Source: Pseudogymnoascus verrucosus
Taxonomy: Eukaryota
DNA: 64,000 bases
NCBI GenBank assembly: GCA_001662655.1
Contig: KV460216.1
Strand: one strand, 5' to 3'
Shown here: positions 48,700 through 61,576 of the stretch, piece by piece
Numbering within the stretch: position 1 is the first letter of the stretch
How the letters are laid out: every line of letters begins with the position of its first letter
Made by a program: the position numbers and the translations under genes
Notes under the pieces: generated by a model
The model's input: the letters and a program-made list of their open reading frames with translations, nothing else
What the model was told of the DNA's origin: nothing
Databases searched by the model: none

Positions 48700-49171
48700 T
48701 TAAGCAGCAGCCGGGAAATCATTAGGCCAGCACTTCTCCTTCGGCCACAGCTTCTGGTCATGCGTCTCGGCATGCACCTGCAGCTGGGTCTTATTCGAGC
48801 TGACGATCTCCTTGCGGCAGTTTGCGCACTGGGGGGAGGTGTTAGTTTCATTTCCCCTTCCTCATTGATTTTTCACGATAAGCACGTCCACGCCACACCA
48901 GGCACCAGGAACGTGACCGGGGATAGAGGGGAAAAGGCAGAGGGGAAGTGAGAGGCATACGATGGAGGTAGCCTTGGGCGCCTTGACGGGGAGACCGTTG
49001 GCCTTGACTGGGGCGCGGGTACCGGCTGCGTCGGCCTTCTTGTGCTCGCGCTGGACCTGGATGAGGCATTAGTATATCTCTTTGGCCGTTCATACGCGTC
49101 CCCCGCTCTGTGTGCGGTGCGGTGCGGCGGGTGAGTGGCGGACTTACTCTGGCTTTCTTGGAGATAGGCAT
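48700..49171 (-). CDS. Small basic zinc-finger protein (82 aa, zf-met2/DUF1909-like); exons 49171-49148, 49056-48961, 48828-48700
   Basis: Spliced: MPISKKARVQREHKKADAAGTRAPVKANGLPVKAPKATSICANCRKEIVSSNKTQLQVHAETHDQKLWPKEKCWPNDFPAAA; canonical introns. Confidence 0.85.
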
Positions 49172-49614
49172 CTTGACTGATCTTCGGACTGGGAAGTATG
49201 AAGCTGGAGTATGGGGGATCTGGTGGAGGGCGGAGAGAAGAGGGGGTGGTTGGAGGGGCAAGAAGGGAGGTTGTTTATTTGAAAATTGTATTTGGTGGGG
49301 TGACACGTGATGATAAGCTTTTTTTTGTGAAGGGAAAAGTGGATGTGTGGTGGTGGTGGTGGCGAGGCTGAGAAAAGGTTATAAATTGCCTGATTGGGTA
49401 ATGGGTGGGCGGTGAAAGGGCGGTTGTGCCACCAAAATGTCTTGGGAGGGACTACAAATTGATTTTGGCGATTTAAGCTGCTGGGATTGATATATCATGG
49501 ATCATTTCGGAAAATCTACTTACCTATAGATGTGAAATAAGACCGCAAAGACGACTATATACAGCAACACACGAACTATACAAAAATTTCTCATATCCCT
49601 CCCCTCCCAATTAT

Positions 49615-51617
49615 TTACAACTTCACCCTTCCCCCATTCAACTCCTCCCAATCCCTGTTCGTAAACGGCGTATACGTCCCATTTTTCAACCAGTAAATCT
49701 GATCCCCCCCAACCACCTTCTCTGGATCCACGCCCTCCGCCCGTAGCGTATGCTTCTGTTGCTTATTCGTCCCCGTGATCGGCCCGCCGCCATCCGTGAT
49801 TCTCAGGAATATCGGAATCGCAAACCTTGGCAGCGCTTTCACATGCTCCGCCAAGCTCTTCATGAGGGGTTCGCTCGGCGACTCAGCAAGGATCACTGCA
49901 GCGCAGCCTGCGCGGCCGTCGTGGTGGGGGAGCTCAACACCATAGACGTTCGCCTCGTGCACAGCGGCATGGTAGCCCATAACCTCGCTGACCTCGTTGG
50001 TGGAGACGTTCTCGCTCTTCCAGCGGAAAGTGTCGCCGATGCGGTCGACGAAGTAGGTGCGCCCCTCCGAGTCCTTGCGAACGACATCGCCAGTGCGGAA
50101 GAATGCGTCGTCCTTGACAAGAACGCTGCGCAGGACCTTGCCCGAGGTGGCTTTCTTGTTGTTGAAGTAGCCCTGGAAGCCCTTCTCGATGTCTGCGCCG
50201 TCGAGGGTGAGCAGGAGCTCCCCGGGCTCCCCGACAGCGACCTTCTTGCCCAGCCCGGTCTTGGGATCGCGCCACGGCTCTTCCTTCTCCCAGTCTACGG
50301 TGACGATGGCGGATTGACCGCCGAGTAGCTTGCTGGAGATGGCGCCGACGCGACCGATGGCGCCGAGGGAGAAGTCGTTCCGCGACAGGTTCCAGGAGCC
50401 GGCTGTGCCCTCGGTGGCGGCGTAGAACTCGGCGATAGTCTCGATGCCGAAGCGGGCCTTGAAGGCGTTCCACACATCGGGGCGCAGGCCGTTGCCGAAT
50501 GCGGTGCGGACGTTGTTCTTGAGGTCGAGGTTCTCCCCCGTCACTGGGTCGACCTGCGGTGGTGCGGCGAGGAGATAGCGGCATGTCTCGCCGACGTATT
50601 GGATGACGGTAGCGTTGCAAGCGCGGACTTCAGGCCAGAAGAGTTTTGTGCTGAATTTGCGGCCGATGCAGACAGTGGCACCACTGCCCATAACGTTCAG
50701 CGTGCCGAGGAGAGCTGCGGAGGAATGGTATAGAGGCATGGACTGAAAATTGTTAGGATAATAGGAGCTAGGGTTTTGCGACGAGACTTACTGTGTAGAA
50801 GATGTCGGGGTGCTTGAGGCTCAGCCACTTGCCTGGGAAGGCAGACGAGACAATGCACTTGATCCAACTGACAATTGCTGGTTTCGGGAGGCCGGTGGTA
50901 CCGGATGTGTAGATGAGAATGGCCATGTTTTGTTGCTTATCCTCAAAGCGGTCCTCGTCTGGAGAGCGAATGGGCTCAATGCATTCTGCCTTGGCCTCGA
51001 CGTCGGGCGAGAAAATGACAAACTCGACGCCCGGGAGGTCGCTCTTGAGATCATCTGTGATGTTGTTGGAGAATTGCGGGTCGACGACGACCAGTCTCGC
51101 TGTCGAAACCTTGACGCAATGCGCCAGCGCCTTGCCGGTCAAATTGTAATTCAAGAAGGCAGGCCGGGCGCCGATAGCCCACAGACCGAACCACATGAAC
51201 ATGAACTTCTCCGAGTTGCCAAACTCCATGGCCACAATCTCCTTCGCCTTGACGCCGTGATGCTCCTTCAGCCATGTTCCGTACTTGAGCGCCATACCGT
51301 AAAATTGCTTGTAGGTCCATTGCCGTCCTTCGAAGATGAGGTAGACATTATTGGCGGTCTTGGGGTTGAGCGCAGCTTCCTCGAGGATATAGAAGAGCGA
51401 AAGGCGGCCCTTAAACTGACGCCACTTGCCGCGGAAGACGGCGGAGAGGAAGGATGAGACCATATGGTAATCGTAGCCGACGTTGCCTTTGGCATTTATG
51501 TAGGCAAGGGCCGCAGCAGCAGCTGGGACGGCCACGGAGAGGGGAGCTGAGAGGTTGCCCTGTTAGAATGTCTCGCGGCGCAAAGAGGAGGAGGAGGCAG
51601 GACAACTTACCAGGCAT
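49615..51617 (-). CDS. FAT1: Very-long-chain acyl-CoA synthetase / fatty acid transport protein; exons 51617-51611, 51546-50792, 50742-49615
   Basis: IYTSGTTGLPKPA, MPLYHSSA, QYVGETCRYL, AFGNGLRPDVW, EFYAATEG, FRTGD, DRIGDTFRWKSENVST; C-terminal VKL (PTS1-like). Confidence 0.95.
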
Positions 51618-51988
51618 GGCGATAGAGGTTCAAGAGGATGAAATGATCTTGAAGTGATGTGAAAGGACGAGGCTACCACGGCGGGTGAAAGTTCGAGGAG
51701 GACCGTATGATGTTGTATCCCAAACCAAAGACCAAGGCTGAGAGTGAGAGGTATGTGAGGATAATGATAAATAATAAAGAGTAGCGGTGTTGAAACAAAC
51801 AAAGATCAGCACCTCTCCGTATAAAAAATATAAATGTACTGTACTTCCTGGTATATGTATATGAGATATATAAACTACCTGTACCAGCGCATCGCTCAAA
51901 GACCAAAGAAAGGCCTGGGGCCAGGTCGTGCTATAGAGGAATATGTTGAGCTTACAGTAGTAAGGAAGATAGATTGGCTCCGCCCACC

Positions 51989-52075
51989 CCGAGGTCCATG
52001 GAAAGTTGGGAAGTTAGAGCATGAGTACGTACTTGGTGCTGGGGGGGGGGGAGGAACAACGCGATCATGCCTCGG
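51989..52075. promoter_or_regulatory. Two CCTCGG/CCGAGG elements (FarA/Ctf1-type fatty-acid response) upstream of FAT1
   Basis: CCGAGG 51989, CCTCGG 52070, about 370-460 bp upstream of the ATG. Confidence 0.5.
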
Positions 52076-52936
52076 CATTTTATAGCGCCGTCTTGTGGGT
52101 AACCCCTCAAAATGATAGGAGGATTGCGATTGGCTGATACGGGTAGGTGGTGGGCTAAATACGATGAACGAAAAGTGTGGGGAAAGTACGTACTGTGTAT
52201 GATGGTGCATCGGTTGCGGTGGAAAGGTTATGCCGAAATTTCACGTGCACTACTAGCCCCGCCGCCGGAATCTGCGGTAAGGAGATATCGTTCAGTCTAG
52301 TACCGCTTAATACCGTTTTAATTCCATTTGACGCCGTTAAGAGTACATGCTATGAAATACTGTTGAAGGCTATGAAATACTATAAAATAACCACGTGTGC
52401 TGTTGTATGTGGTTGAATTTGCGGTGAAGTTTGCTAGGTCACGTGCCGATTTTATCACAAATACCCTTTCATATTTACACTTACCCGGTAGAATTACTCG
52501 AGATAAGGACCCTATGTTTATCAAAGAATCCAAACCCCTGCAAACGATGCCGCCTGCGGAACATTGGAATTTAGTTCCTATCGCTTTTTTATACATTTTC
52601 CTAGATGCACATTTTCATATCTCATACTTGTGGGGTAAATGTGGGAACATACAGTACTAAGAGGCGTTTTTAGCATGACTAGAGTAACCTAAGATCTAAA
52701 ACGGTGAGTCGGAACAAGGAAGTTCCGTCTCCATTACTCGGCAAATTCGGTAAATTCGGTAAATGTCCCCAGTATGACGTCTATCGGTATCCCGACCTCC
52801 GTCCCACCCGCGTCTCACTCTCACTGTCGGCCCCATCGCTAATCTAATCTAATCAATCCCCATCAGCGGCAACCTCCGCACCGCGTTGTTCACATTGGAC
52901 CACCACGACCATGTGTAAATAGAGAGACAGCCCCCC

Positions 52937-54689
52937 ATGGCAACCCCTCCGACTGACGAAGCTGAGGCTTCAAACGCTGTCCAGCGCACGGGCAAGCATG
53001 GCATTGATGACGGGGAAGCTCCCGCTGAGGCTGTGTCCGCAATCCCGAAAAAGAAGGGGCCTCCTCCTGAGAAGCCAGAGAACATCCGTATCAGGCTCTA
53101 TGTGATGGCCGTGTCCTGGGCCATGGTGCTCTTTATTGGCCTGCCGATATGGTGGTGGACTACAGCTATATACCGGGCGGATCTTCCCTTGGATGCCATG
53201 ATGGATTGGGCGGATGGACGAGTGAGTTGACACTGTCGGAGATTCTTGTGCCCCGTACATACAATACTAACTAACAACCCAGGCTTGCCGGCCAGTCTTT
53301 CCACTCCGCATCTCCATCGACACCGGCTCTCTGCAGGATCAAGAGGCACAGAACCTCCTACGAGCCACACAACTCGCTCTTGACGACCTCAACGACTTCT
53401 CCGCCCATCACCTGAGGCTACAACTCTCCGGTCCCCAGGTACCCCCACACACCCCCGCGAACACCTCCGTCCTCCCTACCGCAAACCAGAACGATGAAGA
53501 AGTTGCACTGCTCGTCCGCCTGCTCCCTGGGCAAACCACAGAGGCTGTTTTACAGCCGTATGCGCCAACTCTCGACATCCACTACACACCAAACCAGGTC
53601 CCGACGAGCGCATCGTCCTCGGCCCCTCTGGCAACCTACATAGCGACGAACCTGCGCGAGATTTTCGCTGAAGAACAGGCCATGATTGCCTACCTCCTCG
53701 CCACTAGCTCGTCGCCGCCAGAGCGGAGCCCCAAGGCATTAGCCCCTGAGGTCGCAGAAGCGCTCGCCAAGCGATCCACTCGTTCGATGAAGTACTCGCG
53801 GACGTACCACTTGACATTCTCTCTCTTCACGCCCTCTGCCACACCCTCGACGTGGGCTATTGAGCAGGCGCTGGAGGAGCACATGAAGCCCCTCCTGGAT
53901 AGCTTTTCGGCGATCAGCAATTTCACTATTGACACGCAAGTTCAGCTCTATGCCCAGACTGGGGTAACAGGGGATATCCTCCGCAAAGAAGACCTGAGTG
54001 GCTTCATCAACCACGCTGAATGGCCGTTGAGCCCAAGCATCGGCGGCGCTCCAACACTGAACTTCATCATCTACATCGGTGACATGGAAGTCGAAGGCGG
54101 CAGCAAGAGCTGGCTCATCCCGCAATGGGGTGGTGTAATCATCCAACCCAACATGTAAGCGACCCCCCCCCCCCCACCTACCCTAGACTCTACTACAATC
54201 ATACTAACACCCCCAAGTGACGACCTCCGCCCCGCAATGCTCACCTTCTCCAACCACCTCCTCGCCCTAATCGGCGCTCCCGAATCCCTCACCCTCCCCC
54301 TCCGCCTCAACACCCTAACGCGCGTCCGCAGCGCCGGACTCCTCCTCAAAGCCTCCTCCACCCTCGGCTCCCTCGCGCGCCTCACCCTCGCCCTTCCCTC
54401 CATCTCCATCCCGCGCAGCGTCGCCGACGGAGTCTCCACCACGCTCGCGCACCTGGAAGCCGCGTGTGATGGCCTGGGAGGCGTCGCGGGGCTGGAGAAT
54501 GCGAGGGTGGCGGAGGAGGCGGCGGAGAGGGCTTTTTTTGAGAAGAGTATGGTGGGTCAGGTGTACTTTCCGGATGAGCATCGGATAGCGGTTTATTTGC
54601 CGCTGTTGGGGCCGATGGGGGTTCCGCTTGTGATGGGGGTGTTGAAGGAGGGGAAGGCGTGGTGGAAGAGGAGGAAGGGGGGGGTGTAG
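52937..54689 (+). CDS. GPI17: GPI transamidase subunit PIG-S/Gpi17; exons 52937-53221, 53283-54154, 54218-54689
   Basis: GLPIWWWTTAIYRADLP, YHLTFSLF, DLSGFINHAEWPL, SWLIPQWGGV, AERAFFEKSMVGQVYFPDEH.IAVYLPLLGP. Confidence 0.93.
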
Positions 54690-55138
54690 GTTAGGTTGGG
54701 TATAATATATGTAATACATGGGTTTGGTTTTGGAATATTCGTGACTGGGGTCTTGTCTTGAGATCGTGGTGTTAGATTTTCGTGCCCCTGAGCGAGGTTG
54801 TATCCAGCCATTGAGACACAACGACCATCAATAATCCTTTAAACGAGACAAATAAACATACAACCCCAATTAAAAAATCCCATCCTCAAACAAAACTCCG
54901 ATCTATTCGAGTATTCGTAAGTCCAAGCCGTCCGTCGTTGTCGCAAGTATCCCCTCACAAACCATCCGAGCCTAAAATCCCAGGCACAAAACAACCACCT
55001 AAATTTCCACCTCCTCATCCTCACCACCACCACTACCCAACCCCAATCCTCACGCCCACAACCACCACACACAACCTACAAGCACCTCACCCACCCAGCG
55101 CTATACTACCCCTCCGCCTCTCCCACACCAACCCAACA

Positions 55139-55524
55139 ATGCTCCCGCGCCTCCTCCTCTCCGCGCGCAGCGCGCTGCGCCCATCCCTCACCAAATGCGT
55201 AGCTCCCACAGCAACGAGGGCACTTTCTTCGGTAGCATTAGCGAAAACGGCAGCTGCGACGACGAGACCGACCGCGGCGGCGGCGGTGGTGAAGACGGCG
55301 GATGTGGCGATGGAGCAGGTTAGGGGGATGAAGGTTAGGAGTTCGGTGAAGAAGCTTTGTGAGGGGTGTAAGGTATGTTTTCTCTGCGCCGGGTCCTGAG
55401 GGGTGAGGGATTGAGGCTAATGCGATTTATATAGTCGGTCAGGAGGAAGGGAGGGAAGAAGGGGAAGGGACATGTGTATATTATCTGCTCGTTGAACCCG
55501 AAGCATAAGCAGCGCCAGGGATGA
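55139..55524 (+). CDS. RTC6: Mitochondrial ribosomal protein bL36m; exons 55139-55372, 55435-55524
   Basis: Presequence then RGMKVRSSVKKLCEGCK|SVRRK..HVYIICSLNPKHKQRQG. Confidence 0.92.
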
Positions 55525-55922
55525 GTTGGGGTGGAGGATTGGATTGGGGATTGAAGACTATTCTTGAGGAGGCAGGACGGGCAATTGGTGGATGACACAC
55601 GCGCATTGGACCTGTTGAGGGGGATGGGAAGGCTTGGAGCGAGAGGAAGGGTTGTAAGACATACAGATGTGAAGGGGCATAGCATTTATGGCGTTTTGGG
55701 AATGTTGGAATAGATAGTAGACTGGGGAAGTGTATGATATATTACAATATGTACAAAACCGCTCTATACACTCTATAAGTTCTCCGTCTTGAAGCACAGT
55801 TTTCCTGGCTTCGTGCCCAAAATATCCATTCGATCTCCTACAACACCGCGGCTATATATTCTTGCGCCTGTCCGCGGATTGTTGCTTCGTATGGTATGGG
55901 CCTGGGTTCGACGAGGGAGATC

Positions 55923-56489
55923 TCATAACCCGTCGATGTATCGCTCCGTGGCATCCCACTGTGATTTCCCCGTTGATATGAGGTATTTGATCTGTGACTG
56001 TTCCCTCATCATTAGCTTCAGTCTCAATGAATCCAATGCCGGGTTTTGACAGCTCCGAGTGAAGAAGGCAATATTGCAACACTCTCCCCCCCCACCACAT
56101 CACATCCACCCCTCCCATTCGCAAGCACTGGGTGTGTAAACTTACAATATCCTTCACGTCTTTATTCCGTTCAAACTCATCCCTTGCCATCTTTCTTGTC
56201 TCCGCCCTCGTCTCAAGATCGGCGATGCGCTTCGTGTCTCGTAAAACTCGTCGCCATAGGCTCAGCACCTTCCCTCGTTGTAAGAACTACTTCAGTTAGC
56301 GCATAATCCTCAAAACATAAATGCAAGACAGTAAGGTTTTGGGAAAGAGCGACTTACATGTTCCAAGCTGACCGTAGGCCCGAATCGGGATTTCGGTCGC
56401 CTTGCCGCTTCGCTAGCAAAGAAGCGATTCCGACCATGATCTATGCACCGCGCACAAACCGTGGCGGCGGGCCGACTAATCCATCGCAT
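55923..56489 (-). CDS. LYR-motif mitochondrial protein (LYRM2-like); exons 56489-56358, 56286-56146, 55997-55923
   Basis: SLEHFLQRGKVLSLWRRVLR..ARDEFERNKDVKDISQIKYLISTGK. Confidence 0.85.
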
Positions 56490-56699
56490 CCTCCACAACC
56501 TAAGCAATCAATTGGAGGTTGCGCATATAACTGTCCTCGAACAAATCGCATGAATCCATCGAGAGGCGCGCGGCGGGCTAGATGACGGAGATTATAAATT
56601 CTGCTCCACCTCACCGCTTTTGAAGGCGCTGGATTGGGTAATTGTAAACAGCACGAGGAGGACGGGAGCTTTGGATTTTTTTGAGATCTAACGCACAGA

Positions 56700-57418
56700 A
56701 TGGCAAATACTAAGAAGCCTCTCGGGATTGATATTGCGAATGCGAAGAGTCTTTTTGATTTTCTCAAGGATTATTTACCAATTGAGTGAGTACGTCCTTG
56801 CCAATCTAGGTTCACATGACTAACACCCACAGCACCCCATGGACGTCTTTCACCCACCCCGCAACTAAGGAGAAATATACGATTGAGCTCCAAAATTCAT
56901 CCAATCTCACCCGCGATGAACTCACGACTTGCTTTTCCCTGGTAGAAGAAAGCAGCAAGGGGGATTACTCCGCCAGCAAGCAAGGATGGAAACCCGCCGC
57001 CAAACGGCGAGAGATGCGCCTACTCGAGTTGAAATACCTCCTTGTTCGCAGTACCAAACCTCGTGATGGGGAGGAAACGGGAAAGCCAGGAGATATCGAA
57101 GCATTCGTTAGTTTCATGCCCACGATTGAAGATGATCAGGAAGTTCTCTACGTTTATGAGATTCACCTTGCCCCCTCGCTGAGGCGGTCTGGGCTGGGTA
57201 GGAGGCTTATGGGGGTTGTGGAGAGCGTGGCAAGGAGGATTGGGGTGGAGAAGGTTATGTTGACTTGTTTTACGAGGAATAAGGTGGCTAAGGGGTTTTA
57301 TGAGGGGATTGGTTATGGGAAGGATGAGTTTAGCCCGCTGCCGAGGGTGTTGAGGGATGGGAGGGAGGTGGAGGAGGCCTATGTTATATTGAGTAAGAGG
57401 GTTGGAGGAGTTGAATAA
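56700..57418 (+). CDS. NAT4: N-alpha-acetyltransferase 40 (NatD, GNAT); exons 56700-56785, 56833-57418
   Basis: CFSLVEESS..Y..S..GW...KRREM, VLYVYEIHL..RRSGLG..LM, KVMLTCF..N..FY..GY..DEFSP, YVILSK. Confidence 0.85.
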
Positions 57419-57682
57419 TACTCTCGGAGCTGGAGCTGGAGCTTTCGATGCTGGGGAGAGACATGCACAGTGGAGGATATCCAGATGGCAATATACATTT
57501 TTTCTCGATTTGGACTTCTCGACACCCCTTACATTGCGCAATACTGAAATAGCAATCACATACGAAGCTTGAAATTCAGTGACTTGATACTCTCAATCGT
57601 GCTAATAGGTATAGCGTACCTTAAGTGCCTTGCTCATATCCGCCAATTGTAAGACATATATCTACATATGTCATATCCGCCA

Positions 57683-57716
57683 TGTGGTTTTGATATGTAG
57701 ACATATCAAAACCACA
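57683..57716. repeat. Perfect 16-bp inverted repeat with 2-nt loop
   Basis: TGTGGTTTTGATATGT-AG-ACATATCAAAACCACA. Confidence 0.9.
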
Positions 57717-58690
57717 CAAGGCAAAGTTAATAGTAGAATATAAAGCGATAGCTCTTGCTCTCTAGGTAAGGAAGCGCCATGATTGGCCTAGCACCCTGCA
57801 CAGCCGCCTCCTACCAGCCTCTACGCACGCTGCTTTCTAGTTTGAAGTACTTGCAGCATGACCGACTCTTCTCTCGATCCTTGTGCGGGGAGAATTTCTG
57901 GTATTGGGACTCAAACACACAACCATCTTTAACAAGAATGGCACAGGCGAGGTGAGTCTGCTTCGTGTTGTACGTCATTGAGATATAGCCAAACAACCTG
58001 GAGTTAGTATGTCGTCACGAACTAAACATTTGGATCGCTGCCGAGTTTGAATGGAAGTTCTAGAGGGTCAGTACTATTAGCGGCACTCGGAGGGTTCCAC
58101 ATTTGACAAGTCACCCTACCCTCCGGGGCATGAGCGGAAGGAACCCGGGGAGCACCCGACACAATGAAGACGCCAGAATAGATGTTTTATTTTTATTTTA
58201 GTCGCCGATCGCCAGAACCGAAAACGCAGGGACTTACTTGGCGAAGAAACTATGTAGTCTGTTGACAAGATCTGAATAATTTGGACTGGTGACTATTTAG
58301 CGTAGAATTTTGATGGAGTTAAATACGTAGTACGGGAAACTACGTAGATAAGGGATTGATTCGCAGAATAAAATCGCGGGATGACGATGTGATGTGTAGT
58401 TTATACTCTGCAGCTCGAAATCATGCCATTCTAGACCAGGATCTAGACCAGTCTATATTTTTATCATATTAATGACTTCTATACCTTCCCCATATCATAT
58501 TTTCCACGGTATATAGGTAGACACCAAGGTTTTAACTAAGAATCGCCACAGGATACGATATAAAAACCACACAGAAGGCCAAGGACATTGTCCTTCCCTA
58601 CATCTGATGTTGCCATTGCAAAGGACCCTGGCAGCTTTTCTAGACCAGGGTGATGAGACAATCCCTGACCGGGCAGATCCCAAATCCGAC

Positions 58691-60161
58691 ATGCCGGGCA
58701 CTACATCTAGCGACATCGACTCATTGAAGGTTATCGTCATCGGCGCTGGCATCGGAGGTCTCGTCCTCGCGCAGATACTCCACTCAACGCCGGGAATACA
58801 GCTGTCATGCTACGAGCGGTACAAAGCTATCGATGATCGCGTTGTCGGGTTCCGCGTGATGCTGTCGGGCACGACGCTGTCGATGCTGAAGCGCAAAATA
58901 AAGAGCGACATCTGGGCAGACCTCGCCTTCGGCATCGGGGAGCAGCCGGAGGGAGGGGAGAAGATCGAGTTTTTCAAGGGAAATGGCAACAAGATGCTCA
59001 CCTGGGACTCGGACCCCACGAAGGACCAGTATTCCGTGTCGAGGTGGCACCTGAGAGAAGCCCTCGTGAAGGAGGCTTCCTTTGTCCGGACAGGTATTTC
59101 CTTCGAGCGCTATGAGGTGCTGCCGAATGGAAGAGTGAGAGCATTTTTCAGTGACGGGAGTACCGACGAGTGTGATCTCTTGGTAGGTGCAGATGGCACG
59201 AACTCGAATGTTCGAAAGCAGTTGCTCAACCATGCCACCATTAAGGACTTGGGCATGGTAGTCATTTATTTCAAGGTCCCGCTTACGGAAAGGTCCTTGA
59301 AGTTATTAGGGTCTCCTGGTAGATCAATGGTAAAACTTCCCGCCCTGCCACGCCCGTATGTATGGTCCTAAAGCTAACTCTACGCATACCTTCTGCCCAA
59401 ACAATCAATATATCATGCTCGCCCCCTGGCAGAATCCCCTCGCCCCCTTTTCTACACGCTACACCCAGCACACCATCGATCCCGAAGACTCCTACATCAT
59501 GCTCGGCGCCGGGTCTCCCCACGCCAACTTCCACAACCGCCGCTGCTCCCCTAACGAACTCACCCAGTCTGAGCTACAAGCTGAGGTGCTCGCGCGCACT
59601 TCTCAGCCAGGCATCCACGCTCGCTTTCGCGAGCTCGCCGAGATGGTCTGCCTTGACACAGCCTACGTGAACATCGTTCGCAAAAGCGAGGCCGTCCACC
59701 CCTGGACCTCTTCCCCTAATATCACCCTCCTTGGCGACGCCGTTTTCAACATGAGCAACACGCTCAGTCGCGGTGCGAACTGCGCGATAATGGACGCCGC
59801 CGCCCTTGCGGACCGCATCACATCACCGGAGTACAGGCGCGAGCGGCACCAGCCGGCCGCTCTGGATGACTATGTGAGAGGGAACATTGAGCGGCGCGAG
59901 GTCGAGCGGCAGCGCTCGGCTATGATGCAGAAAATTATGTTTTCGGGGCAAAATAAGCTAAGGGGATTTATAAGGAATAAGGCGCTGCCGTCTTCGCTGA
60001 AGAAGATCGATAGCTTGGATCGTGAGGAGCATGAGGGAGTGAATTGGATCGGCAGCGATGGGGAGGGAAGTGTGGACTCGACGGGGGAAGAGCCGAAGTG
60101 GGTAGAGGAGCTGAAGTGGGACGAGATCTTTGAAGGGAGGCATGGCCATGAAAAGGGTTAG
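58691..60161 (+). CDS. FAD-dependent monooxygenase (FAD_binding_3 type); one intron near 59330-59387 with an abnormal 3' splice site; upstream in-frame ATG at 58607 possible
   Basis: VIVIGAGIGGL, DLLVGADGTNSNVR, ITLLGDAVFNMS..RGANCAIMDA. Confidence 0.8.
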
Positions 60162-60866
60162 AGATGGAGCTACTGAGCATATAGGCGCTAGTGCCCGATG
60201 ATTTGCGGTTTAACAACTGGGGGACTGTTGACTACTGCGTCAGTCCTTGGGGTTCCCGCGTTGTACATAACTTCTCTCCTATCTACCTCTCGTCACTTCC
60301 GCATTTCGTCGCCTGCGACGATATTTATACCACTACAGCTCCATAACTATCACATACGGGTGCCAACTAGCGAATACCAAGTGTTGTATGTTTTTATTTA
60401 TTTATGCTTCTTGCTTCGGTATTATATTTTGGTTGCGTACGAGACAGAAGAAAACTTCGTCCGTGCGACTGCTTCGCTGTCTCTAGTCGAAGCTGTAGCC
60501 TCCACACAGCCTATATCCACCTTGGTTCCGCCCAAAATTGAGATATTGAAACGATCCGCAAAGCCCAACAAGAGGACTTCGCCCAGCATTGTCTATCACG
60601 CTCGCAGGAATGACCGCAATCTGTGACTATTGCTGCGTCATTGATAGGATCGACCTTTTTGGGTATAGACGCGAGGCCTTAAAAACCTCATTTTCCATCA
60701 GAGCCTTTTCATAGACCACCATCCCTCGATACTAGCCATTGGTATAAAGGTGAGTTGCCGCATTTAGTGGGTGGCTGGCTACCTTCAGGATATAACAGGG
60801 AAGCGCAGCATCTTCAACGTGATTCCCATATGGAACATCTGACACCAAGAATTCCACATCCAGGAT

Positions 60867-61576
60867 TCAGTTGCCAGTCGCTGTACCCGTCGTCATAAAC
60901 CGCGTGATAGCATTGAGATCTCTTGAGATCCCCGCCGGATTCCGACTCCCACCATCTCCATAAGCATGTTTCTTCTCACCACCTTCCTCATCCCCTTCCT
61001 CCTCCTCCTCTTCTTCCTCCTCGTCGCTCTCGGCATATATATCATCCAGCGAAGACCTACTCAGCTGCGCCGCCTTCGCAACTTGAGGTAACACGTAATC
61101 CTTCGCGAAGCTCCACAGCTCATCAAGGTCCTCATCTTGTCCTCCCCCTACGTTCTCTGTTTTCCCAAGTGCGCGCCCTTCCTCGACCCAGCTCTCGGCG
61201 CTCGGCTCGAGCTTCTTGCGTAGTAGTTGCCCGACTAAGCCTTCCTGGGTCCGGCCGGGGAAGTTGGTGGAGGTGTAGACGACCGTTTGTGCGAAGAGGT
61301 CGGAGTGTTTGGAGAGGTGGTCGGTGATGTTTTTGAGGCTTTGGGCGAGGATTGTGGAGTGTACTTGGATTGAGTCTCTGTGGATGTATTGTCAGTTTTT
61401 ATCCCATTTGGACTTCCCATCTTCTGAATGGGGTAGTTGGGGTATTCGTACATTGGTGGCATGACCGGAGATCGTAATATGTCGTTCTTGAGGGCGCCGA
61501 TGCTCTTGGTTAGCTGATCCAGTCGCGTTCGCGTCTGGTCAATGGCGCGCATTTCATCGGAGTTGAGGCTCGTCAT
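60867..61576 (-). CDS. MED8: Mediator subunit 8; exons 61576-61452, 61377-60867
   Basis: RAIDQTRTRL.QL..SI, VVYTSTNFPGRTQEGLVGQLLRKKLEP..E.WV. Confidence 0.9.

Noticed and set aside
49750..51457. Long antisense ORFs over FAT1 (also over GT32, AT3, MSD1, MPDU1)
   Set aside because: Shadow frames expected from GC-rich codon bias.
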